In this document: positions 43,737-51,274 of the stretch, one piece after another | How the letters are laid out: each line of letters starts with the position of its first letter | Position numbering within the stretch: position 1 is the stretch's first letter | Assembly: GCA_029960955.1 (NCBI GenBank) | Contig: JASBVS010000009.1 | Location: 22,645 to 86,644, forward strand | Source of the DNA: Bacillota bacterium | GTDB lineage: Bacteria; Bacillota; Sulfobacillia; JAIMAT01 | Length of the DNA stretch: 64,000 nt | Direction: 5' to 3' | The notes under the pieces: model-generated | What the model was told of the DNA's origin: nothing | Seen by the model: the letters and a program-made list of their open reading frames with translations, nothing else | The model's database searches: none | Program-made: the position numbers and the translations under genes

Positions 43737-46097
43737 CTAGCCGCGCCGCGCGGCTTCCGCTTCGTGCGGGCCCGTGCCCGCGCCCTCCCCCGGCGCGCGG
43801 CCGGCCTCCTCCACCCAGGCGCGCACCCGCGCGGGGGTCATGGGGAGGCGCCGGACCACCACGCCCAGAGGCGCCAGCGCGTCCTCCACGGCGTTGGCCA
43901 GAGCAGCCAGCGCCGGGATGGTGCCGCCCTCGCCCGCCCCCTTGGCGCCCAGCGGGTTGAGGGGCGTGGGCGACTCGAGGTGGGAGATCTCCACCGGCGG
44001 CATCTCCTCGGTGGAAGGAAGCGCGTACTCCGCCAGCGTGCTGGTGAGGAGCTGTCCCTGCTCGTCGTAGACCAGCTCCTCCAGCAGCGCGCCGCTGAGG
44101 CCGTACATGACCCCGCCGCGGACCTGTCCCTCCACCAGCGGCGGGTGGATCATCCGCCCGCAGTCGTGTGCGACCACGTAGCGCAGGACACGGACGCCGC
44201 CGGTCTCCGGGTCCACCTCCACCACCGCCACGTGGGCGCCGTCGGCGAAGGTGGGGGCGCCGGGCGCGAAGGCGACGGTGGAGGCGAGGTCGACCAGCGC
44301 CCGGCCCCCTTCCTGCGCCTCGCCCGAGCGCAGGCGCCGCGCCAGTTCCGCCAGCGAGAGCCGCAGGCCCGGCACGCCGCGCACGCGGACGTCGCCCCCC
44401 TCCAGGAGCAGGTCTTCCTCCGCCACCTCCAGGAGGCGGCTGGCGGCCGCCAGGATGCGGCGGCGCAGCTCCACCGCCGCCTCGTGGACCGCGCTGCCGC
44501 CCATGGCCACTCCCCGGCTGCCGAAGGTGCCGATGCCGGCCGGCACCTGCGCGGTGTCGCTGGCGACCACGGTGACGCGCTCCGCATCGACGCCCAGCGC
44601 GTCGGCCGCCACCCGGGCGAAGGTGGTCTCGTGCCCCTGTCCCTGGGCCGGCGAGCCGCTGGCCACCACCACCCGCCCGCTGGGGTCGAGGCGGGCGGTG
44701 GCCGCCTCGAAGGGGCCGCCGCCGGTGTCCTCCACGTAGACGGCCACGCCGACGCCCAGCCAGCGGCCTTCCTGGCGCGCCCGCGCCTGCTCCGCGCGCC
44801 AGCCCGCCACGTCCGCCCTCTCCACCGCCTGGCGGAGCGCCGCCGGGTAGTCGCCCGAGTCGTAGACCACCCGGCCCGGACCGCCCCGGTAGGGGAGGCC
44901 GGTGGCGTAGGGCATCTCTTCGGGCCGGATCAGGTTCCGCTGGCGCAGCTCGACGGGGTCCATCCCCAGCCGCCGCGCCAGCCGGTCCATCATCCGCTCC
45001 ATGACGAAGTTCCCCTGCGGCCGGCCGGCGCCGCGGTAGGGCCCGATGGGCACCTTGTTGGTGAAGACCTCCAGCACGCGGCAGCGGTAGGCCGGCAGAT
45101 GATAGGGCCCCGGCATGGTGGTGGCGGTGACCAGCCCGATGGGGACGCGGGGCGGGAAGGCGCCCACGTCGCTGAGCAGCACGTCGTCCAGGGCGAGGAG
45201 CCGCCCGTCCCGGCGGGCCGCCAGGCGGACCCGGTGGATCTGCTCGCGCTCGTGGTTGGTGGAGAGGAAGTGCTCCCGGCGATCCTCCAGGAAGCGGACC
45301 GGCCTCCCCGTCTCCAGCGCGAGCCAGGCGGCCAGCAGGTCCTCGGGGTAGACGCCGTTCTTCACCCCGAAGCCGCCCCCCACGTCGGGCGTCACCACGC
45401 GCACCTGCCGCTCCTCCAGCCCCAGCGCCGCGGCCAGCGCCGCGCGCAGCTGGTGCGGCGCCTGGTGCGCCGCCCAGACGGTCAGCCCGCCGCCCGCCTC
45501 GGGCACCGCCAGGATCGCCCTGCCCTCCAGCGGCTGCGCCGTCGCCCGCCCGATGGCCAGCTCCTCCTCCACCACCACCTCGGCCTCGGCCAGGGCGGCC
45601 TCCACCTCGCCGTAGCCGACGGTCCGCTCCGAGCAGAGGTTGGAGGGGCGCGAGAGCAGCGCGGGCGGCGCCCCTTCCTCCAGCGCCCGCCGCGCGTCGC
45701 CCACCACGGGCAGCGGCTCGTACTCCACCTCCGCCTCCTCCAGCGCGTCCTCGGCCACGTAGCGGTCGCGGGCCAGCACCGCCGCCAGAGGCTGGCCCGC
45801 GTAGGCCACCTCCTCCACGGCCAGGGCGGGCTGGACCGTCGCCCGCTGGAGCGCCGGCGCCCGCCGCGCCAGGCGCCGCCCGTCCAGCGCCAGCGCCACC
45901 CCCGCCACGGCCTCGGCGCGCCCCAGATCCACCCGCCGCACCCGCGCGTGGGCGTACGGGCTGCGCAGCACCGCCAGCGCCAGCGTGCCGGGCACCTCCA
46001 GGTCGCCGACGAAGCGGCCGCGCCCCGTCAGCAGGCGCCGGTCCTCCCTGCGCGGCAGGCCGTCGCCCGACCCGGTCGCCTCCCGCTCGCTCCGCAT
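43737..46097 (-). CDS. Xanthine-oxidase-family molybdopterin large subunit (form II CoxL-like, not a true CODH)
   Basis: RREDRRLLTG, DVGGGFGVK, PYRGAGRP loop, QGQGHET and GAKGAGEGG. Start ATG at 46097. Confidence 0.9.
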   Translation of the reverse strand: MRSEREATGSGDGLPRREDRRLLTGRGRFVGDLEVPGTLALAVLRSPYAHARVRRVDLGRAEAVAGVALALDGRRLARRAPALQRATVQPALAVEEVAYAGQPLAAVLARDRYVAEDALEEAEVEYEPLPVVGDARRALEEGAPPALLSRPSNLCSERTVGYGEVEAALAEAEVVVEEELAIGRATAQPLEGRAILAVPEAGGGLTVWAAHQAPHQLRAALAAALGLEERQVRVVTPDVGGGFGVKNGVYPEDLLAAWLALETGRPVRFLEDRREHFLSTNHEREQIHRVRLAARRDGRLLALDDVLLSDVGAFPPRVPIGLVTATTMPGPYHLPAYRCRVLEVFTNKVPIGPYRGAGRPQGNFVMERMMDRLARRLGMDPVELRQRNLIRPEEMPYATGLPYRGGPGRVVYDSGDYPAALRQAVERADVAGWRAEQARARQEGRWLGVGVAVYVEDTGGGPFEAATARLDPSGRVVVASGSPAQGQGHETTFARVAADALGVDAERVTVVASDTAQVPAGIGTFGSRGVAMGGSAVHEAAVELRRRILAAASRLLEVAEEDLLLEGGDVRVRGVPGLRLSLAELARRLRSGEAQEGGRALVDLASTVAFAPGAPTFADGAHVAVVEVDPETGGVRVLRYVVAHDCGRMIHPPLVEGQVRGGVMYGLSGALLEELVYDEQGQLLTSTLAEYALPSTEEMPPVEISHLESPTPLNPLGAKGAGEGGTIPALAALANAVEDALAPLGVVVRRLPMTPARVRAWVEEAGRAPGEGAGTGPHEAEAARRG

Positions 46098-46205
46098 GCG
46101 CTCCCCTCCCCTGTCGCCTTCGCTTCGACTCGCCTTCCCGGCGGCCTCGTGGCCAGCCAATACCACGGCCGCCGCCCGCTCCCCTGCCGCCGGGCCGGCG
46201 GCGAA

Positions 46206-46219
46206 GGAGATCGATTGCA
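46206..46219. promoter_or_regulatory. Degenerate LacI-type operator (minus strand TGCAATCGATCTCC)
   Basis: Shares TGCAATCGAT with the 43495 site; lies between the divergent Mo-subunit and amidohydrolase genes. Confidence 0.55.
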
Positions 46220-46244
46220 GGCCGCCGAAGGGGGCGCGGGAGGG

Positions 46245-47219
46245 ATGGGCTTGGTCGTCGACGTGCACGCCCACCACGTGCCTCCGGCGCTGCTGGAACG
46301 GGTGGCCGCGGGGGAGGTGGCCGCGGAGGTCGAGCTCCACCGCGCAGGAGAGGCGGTCCGGCTCCTCTTTCCGCGCTCGGCCACCCGCCCCTTCCCGCCG
46401 GCCATGACCGACCTGGAGGCGCGGCTGGCCCATATGGACGCCCTGGGGATCGACCTCCAGCTCCTCTCCTTCTGGGCGGAGGCCTACGGCTACGACCTGC
46501 CGCGCGAGGCGTCGCTCCGCTACCACGCCGCCGCCAACGAGGAGCTGGCGCGGGCGGCCGCCCGCCGCCCCGACCGCTTCCGCTGGATGGCCACGGTGCC
46601 GCTGCCCTGGGGCGAGGAGGCGGCGCGGGAGGCGGAGCGGGCTGCCGGGCTGGGCGCGGTGGGCGTCATGGTGGGCACGCAGGCCGACGGCCGCGAGCTG
46701 GACGCGCCGGAGCTGGCGCCCTTCTGGGACGCCGCCGAGGCCCTGCAGCTGCCGGTGATGATCCACCCGGCGCTGGGCCAGGCGCCGCGGCTGGGCCGCT
46801 ACTACCTGAACAACCTCCTGGGCAACCCTTTCGAGACGACCGTGGCGGCCTCCGCGCTGGTGCTGGGCGGGGTGCTGGAGCGCCACCGGCGGCTCCGCCT
46901 CCTCCTCGTCCACGGCGGCGGCTACTTCCTCCTGGCCAGCGGCCGCCTCGACCACGGCTGGCGGGTACGCGCCGAGACGCGCACCGTGGCCGAGCCGCCT
47001 TCGGCCTTCCTGGAGCGCTTCGCCTACGACACGATCCTCTACGACGACCGGCTGCTGGCGGCGCTGGCGGCGCGGGTGGGCAGCGGGCGGCTCCTCCTGG
47101 GCACCGACTACCCCTTCGACATGGAGCCGCCCGAGCCGGTCGCCCAGATCCGCCGCCTCTTCGGTCCGGCGGCGCGCCAGGTGCTGGAGGAGAACGCGAG
47201 GAAGCTCTTCCGCCTCTGA
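46245..47219 (+). CDS. Amidohydrolase_2 family protein (ACMSD-like decarboxylase/hydratase)
   Basis: C-terminal end of the 3495-aa track ORF, real start ATG 46245: VDVHAH, MIHP, LLGNPFET, VHGGG and LLGTDYPF. Confidence 0.88.
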   Translation: MGLVVDVHAHHVPPALLERVAAGEVAAEVELHRAGEAVRLLFPRSATRPFPPAMTDLEARLAHMDALGIDLQLLSFWAEAYGYDLPREASLRYHAAANEELARAAARRPDRFRWMATVPLPWGEEAAREAERAAGLGAVGVMVGTQADGRELDAPELAPFWDAAEALQLPVMIHPALGQAPRLGRYYLNNLLGNPFETTVAASALVLGGVLERHRRLRLLLVHGGGYFLLASGRLDHGWRVRAETRTVAEPPSAFLERFAYDTILYDDRLLAALAARVGSGRLLLGTDYPFDMEPPEPVAQIRRLFGPAARQVLEENARKLFRL

Positions 47220-47262
47220 CCCCCGCCCCCGGGCGGCGGGACGGCGGCGCCCGGCATTCCCC

Positions 47263-48333
47263 TCAGCCGCGCGCGCCCAGCCGCTCCGCCAGCCAGTCGG
47301 CCATCTGCGGGCGGTGGCGGTAGGGGATGTTGTTGCAGACGTGGTTCCCCTCCTCGAAGAGCCAGAGCTCCTTTGGCCCGCGGGCTTCCTGGTGGAGCCG
47401 GACCGCCTCCTCCCAGGGGATGAGGCGGTCGCGCCGGCCGTGGATGACCAGCAGGGGGATGCGGATCTCCGCCGCCGCGTCGCGCAGCGTGATCCGCCGG
47501 GCGAGCTCCCGCCCTTCCTCCAGCGTGGAGGCGCCCTGGCGGATCGCGTACGCCCAGCGGGTCAGCTCGCTCAGCCCGTCCCAGTGCGAGGCGACGTCGT
47601 AGCCGCCGCCCAGCACCACCGCGGCCGCCAATCCCGGGGCGAAGGCGGCCGCCCGCGCCGCGAAGAAGCCGCCCAGGCTGACGCCCATCACCCCCACGCG
47701 GCGGCCGTCGAGGTCCTGGCGCTGCGCCAGCCACCGGAGGACGGCGGTCGCCACCCGCTCGTAGCGCGGCTCGATGGGGTGCTCCCACTCCGCCTCGCCC
47801 TGCCCCGGCCCGTCCACGGCCAGCGCGGCCACGCCGCGGGCGACCAGGTCGCGGGCGTAGGCGGTCAGCTCCTCCTTGACCGAGTCGAGGCCGGGGAAGA
47901 GGAGGACCACGGGCGGCCGGGGAAGGCCGGGTGGCCGGTGGAGGAGGGCGGCCAGCCTCCATCCCTCGTACGGGATCTCCACCCGCTCCGCGGGCGGGTC
48001 GAGCCAGGGCGCCGCCCTCAGGAAGTCGGCCACCGTCCGCTCGTGCGCCGCGCGCTGCTCCTCGCGCCGGTGGACGAAGAGAAACTTGCCGAAGTGGTGG
48101 TAGAGCGAGGCGCGGAACCAGAGCTGGCCGGCGGTCCGCCAGCGCCCCGCCCGCTCCGCCTCCTCGGCCAGGCGCTCCACCTCGCCCGCCGCCCCGCTCC
48201 ACGCCCGGCACCAGTCGTCCCAGCTCTCGACCGATCCGGCGATGCGGCGGAAGTCCTCGGGGTCCACGCCGTTGGCGACGAAGCGCGGCCCCCAGTTGGC
48301 GACGGCCGTCTCCACCCGTCCGTCCCGCGCCAC
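47263..48333 (-). CDS. Alpha/beta hydrolase of the 2,6-dihydroxypseudooxynicotine hydrolase / FrsA-like family
   Basis: NWGPRF..NG, PPAERVEI, GLDSVKEE, DGPGQGE, nucleophile GVSLGG, HG..D, GNHVCNN and MADWL. Confidence 0.8.
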   Translation of the reverse strand: MARDGRVETAVANWGPRFVANGVDPEDFRRIAGSVESWDDWCRAWSGAAGEVERLAEEAERAGRWRTAGQLWFRASLYHHFGKFLFVHRREEQRAAHERTVADFLRAAPWLDPPAERVEIPYEGWRLAALLHRPPGLPRPPVVLLFPGLDSVKEELTAYARDLVARGVAALAVDGPGQGEAEWEHPIEPRYERVATAVLRWLAQRQDLDGRRVGVMGVSLGGFFAARAAAFAPGLAAAVVLGGGYDVASHWDGLSELTRWAYAIRQGASTLEEGRELARRITLRDAAAEIRIPLLVIHGRRDRLIPWEEAVRLHQEARGPKELWLFEEGNHVCNNIPYRHRPQMADWLAERLGARG

Positions 48334-48350
48334 CCGCTCCCCCTCCTCTG

Positions 48351-48364
48351 TGCAATCGGTTGCG
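48351..48364. promoter_or_regulatory. LacI-type operator TGCAATCGGTTGCG
   Basis: 13/14 identical to the 43495 site; 18 bp upstream of the hydrolase start. Confidence 0.7.
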
Positions 48365-48432
48365 AGCCTGGCGCTGGCTCTTCGCCTTCGCCCGCTCCGC
48401 CTCCTGCCGGTTCCCTGCGGGAGGCGGGCCGC

Positions 48433-49122
48433 TCACGCGTGCGGGACGCCGTACCTCGTCCGCAGGAGCGCGGCGCACCACTCGGTGTTGAAGGCGAGCG
48501 AGCTCTCCAGAACCCGCAGCCGCGACGGCCCGCCCTCGACGGCGGGGAAGAGCGGCTGCGCCGGGTCGTCGGGGAGTCCCAGCCGCGCGCGCAGCTCCAG
48601 GTAGCGCGCCAGCTCTCCGCGGGCGCCCGCCAGCGCGTGCAGCAGCGCCGGATCGGAGGCGTCGGCGAGGCGGAGCGAAGCCGCTTCCTGCTCGTCGAAA
48701 CCGGCGGCGGCGAGCGCGCGCAGGAGCGCCCCCCGGCGGCGGAGGAGGGCCTTGCGCAGGAAGAGCCGGCGCAGCTCCTCCAGGGAGCCCTCCGTCTCCC
48801 CGGGGAAGGCGGCGTCGAAGCCGCCGCCCGCCGCCAGCGCGCGGTTGATCTCCTCGGAGAAGGCGTGGTCGACCAGCTCCACCTCCACCCGCTCCACGCC
48901 CGGGAGGGGGCGCAGGGCTCCGACGACGTCGGAGGCCATGAGGAAGGCGAAGTTGGGCGCGCACCAGAAGGTGGGCAGGCGGAGGCGGATGCGGATCCGG
49001 CCGTCCTCCACCGCCGCTTCCTGGATGAAGCCGAGCTCGACGAGCGGTTCGTCGAGCTCGGGGTCGCGGACGGTCGCCAACGCCCGCCGGACCGCCTCCG
49101 CGTCGACCGTCGCCCGCGTCAC
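48433..49122 (-). CDS. DUF59 / Fe-S assembly (SufT/PaaD-like) domain protein
   Basis: ALATVRDPELDEPLVELGFI and LRLPTFWCAPNFAFLMASD...DH...EEIN motifs. Confidence 0.8.
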   Translation of the reverse strand: MTRATVDAEAVRRALATVRDPELDEPLVELGFIQEAAVEDGRIRIRLRLPTFWCAPNFAFLMASDVVGALRPLPGVERVEVELVDHAFSEEINRALAAGGGFDAAFPGETEGSLEELRRLFLRKALLRRRGALLRALAAAGFDEQEAASLRLADASDPALLHALAGARGELARYLELRARLGLPDDPAQPLFPAVEGGPSRLRVLESSLAFNTEWCAALLRTRYGVPHA

Positions 49123-49125
49123 GGC

Positions 49126-50169
49126 CTACGCCTCCCCCTCCGCCCCGTCCGCGCCGCGCCTCCGGCCGGGGAGGGCGCTGCGCCCCGCGGCGAAGTCGAG
49201 GTCGTAGAGGCGGGCGGCATTCTGTCCCAGGATCTTCCTCTTGACGGCCAGATCGAGGGTGACGCCGGTCTCCTCGACGATCGCCTCGGGCAGCTGGAAG
49301 GCCATGAAGGCGTCGAGAATCCACCTCGGTTCCCAGATCGCGTAGTCCGAGGCGAAGAGCAGGCGGTCGGGCCCGAGCCAGAAGAGCAGCTCCGCCATCA
49401 CCCGGGCGAAGTAGAGCGGCCGGGCGCGGACGAAGGGCATGGCCACCGCCAGGCCGCCGTAGACGTTGGGCTCCTGGGTGGCGATCCAGCAGAAGTCCTC
49501 CAGTCGCGGCAGCCCGACGTGCTCCACGATGAAGTTGAGTTCGGGGAAGTCGCTGGCCGCATGGTCGACGTCGGCCACGTCGAAGGCATCGCGGTCGAGC
49601 GGCCAGATGGTCGGCCCCTTGTGAACGTGGATGTTGCGGATGCCGAGCTCCCGGCACTTCTCCAGGTAGCGGTAGGCCCACGCGTCGGTCAGCTTGTAGC
49701 CGCGCGAGCTGCCCCGCCACTCGGCGGTGTAGAGCTTGACGCCCCGGATGCCGTACCGCTCCTTCGCCGCCTCCAGCGCCTCCAGCCCCGCCTCGCCGTC
49801 GCGCGGGTCGAAGCTGCCGTTGAGGATGAAGCGATCCGGGTAGAGCTCCTTGATCACCGCGTTCCGCTCGACGGTGTTGAAGCCGCGGACGAAGAAGTCG
49901 CGCAGCCTGGTGGGCTGGAGGATCGCGACGTCGACGCAGCCCTCGGCGAAGAGGTCGCGCGCCATGGTCTCGGCGTCGTACTCGAGGAACTTCTCGCGCG
50001 GCCAGATGCGCTCGGCCGGGCTGAGGTTGCGGTGGTAGTCGTAGAAGCAGTCGATGAAACCCTTCCCGTACCTGTTGGCCTGGTTGGCGGGACTCGCGTC
50101 CCAGAAGTGGACGTGGCCGTCGACGACGAAGATCTCCTCACCCTCCGCGGTCCGGTACATGCTCTCCAC
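49126..50169 (-). CDS. Amidohydrolase_2 family protein of the type found in propane-monooxygenase clusters
   Basis: VDGHVHFWD, FIDCFYDYHRNLSP, VKLYTAEW, HVHKGPT, EHVGLPR and FASDYAIW. Confidence 0.8.
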   Translation of the reverse strand: MESMYRTAEGEEIFVVDGHVHFWDASPANQANRYGKGFIDCFYDYHRNLSPAERIWPREKFLEYDAETMARDLFAEGCVDVAILQPTRLRDFFVRGFNTVERNAVIKELYPDRFILNGSFDPRDGEAGLEALEAAKERYGIRGVKLYTAEWRGSSRGYKLTDAWAYRYLEKCRELGIRNIHVHKGPTIWPLDRDAFDVADVDHAASDFPELNFIVEHVGLPRLEDFCWIATQEPNVYGGLAVAMPFVRARPLYFARVMAELLFWLGPDRLLFASDYAIWEPRWILDAFMAFQLPEAIVEETGVTLDLAVKRKILGQNAARLYDLDFAAGRSALPGRRRGADGAEGEA

Positions 50170-50346
50170 CCCCCTGCGCGTCCGGGGGCGACCGGTGGCT
50201 CTGGCACCGTCTCTTTTCGTCTTGTTGCCTCATGTCCGAGCGGGATCCGTCGGAGTGCCCCCCGTTCCCAGGCCTATTCGGGCCCGGCTCAGCCCATGCC
50301 GGGGGAGCGGACGGGTGCCGGTCCGGTCTCGGGGAAGATGGAACGG

Positions 50347-50381
50347 AAAAGAAGCCCGGCACCAGGCCGGTGCCGGGCTTC
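50347..50381 (-). terminator. Intrinsic terminator downstream of doxX
   Basis: Perfect 13-bp stem GAAGCCCGGCACC / GGTGCCGGGCTTC with a 5-nt loop, followed by TTTT on the minus strand. Confidence 0.75.
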
Positions 50382-50463
50382 CTTCCCGTCTCATGACGGG
50401 CTCATCACAGGCCTCCGCGCGACGTGCGCCCGGGCGAGCCGCGCCGCGCGCGGCCGCCGGCGG

Positions 50464-51066
50464 TCAGCGTCCGCCTCCCGCGGCCGCGCCGGCCGCCGTG
50501 CGGCGACGGCCGAAGAGAGCCGGCCAGACCCAGCGGTCCACGCCCAGGGAGCCGGCGTTCAGCCCGGCCAGCAGGATGAGGATGGTGAGCGTGTAGAGCC
50601 AGCCGTTGCTGCTGGCGGAGCCGGCCAGGAGGTAGTTCAGGTTCATCAGCGCGCCGCCCGCCGCCGCGATCGGCGTCAGGAAGCCCAGGATGAGGGCGAG
50701 ACCGACGAGGAATTCCGCCGTCGAGATGAAGTAGGAGAACCAGACCTGCGAGTGCGTGGCCAGCAGGAACTTGAGGAAGTCACGGTACCACCAGAAGGCC
50801 GAGCCCTGGACCGGCTTCCCGTCCGGCCCGACCAGAAGCCCCGCCGCCTTCGTCCAGTAGCCGGCCATCGCCTTGCCCGCGCCCGCGCCCCAGAAGCCCG
50901 GCTCGGCGCCGGAGATCTTGTCCCAGCCGGCGTTCAACCACTCCCAGCCGACGTAGATGCGCAGAAGCAGCCAAACCCAGGCAAATGCGCGGTCCCAGAG
51001 GACGCGTCGCCACCAAACCTGCGTCGTTCCTTCCATGCGGAGCGCCTCCTTCGTCTTCCTCGTCAC
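50464..51066 (-). CDS. DoxX / TQO small subunit DoxD-like membrane protein
   Basis: LRIYVGWEWLNAGWDKI, WYRDFL, EFLVGLALILG, MNLNYLLAG and GVDRW. Start may be 51036. Confidence 0.85.
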   Translation of the reverse strand: MTRKTKEALRMEGTTQVWWRRVLWDRAFAWVWLLLRIYVGWEWLNAGWDKISGAEPGFWGAGAGKAMAGYWTKAAGLLVGPDGKPVQGSAFWWYRDFLKFLLATHSQVWFSYFISTAEFLVGLALILGFLTPIAAAGGALMNLNYLLAGSASSNGWLYTLTILILLAGLNAGSLGVDRWVWPALFGRRRTAAGAAAGGGR

Positions 51067-51274
51067 GGCCTTCGCCGGCTCCGGCCGTCACCGTCCTTGT
51101 ATAGCCGAGGATGCGCCCGCCCGAATCCGGCGCCTGACCATAGGGTTGCCGTCCTCGCATAGGGCGTCGAACCGACGCGACGAGGACCGGCGGCCGGGCG
51201 GCGCCCCCCGCCCCCCCGCAAGCCTGTTAGGGCCCGCCCTCGCGCGGTAGACTCCGGAGACGGAGGCGGATCGG

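Noticed and set aside
43737..46097. Second CO dehydrogenase large subunit
   Set aside because: The loop is PYRGAGR and lacks the Cu-ligating Cys of AYRCSFR, so it is not a form I CODH.
36732..46244. 3495-aa plus-strand ORF
   Set aside because: Antisense shadow of eight well-supported minus-strand genes in very GC-rich DNA; the translation is low-complexity R/A/G/P with no domains. Only the last 324 aa (from 46245) are a real gene.
47314..51162. 1282-aa plus-strand ORF, and similar long antisense ORFs such as 24519-27902 and 1788-3755
   Set aside because: They overlap recognisable genes on the opposite strand and lack motifs; stop codons are scarce at this GC content.
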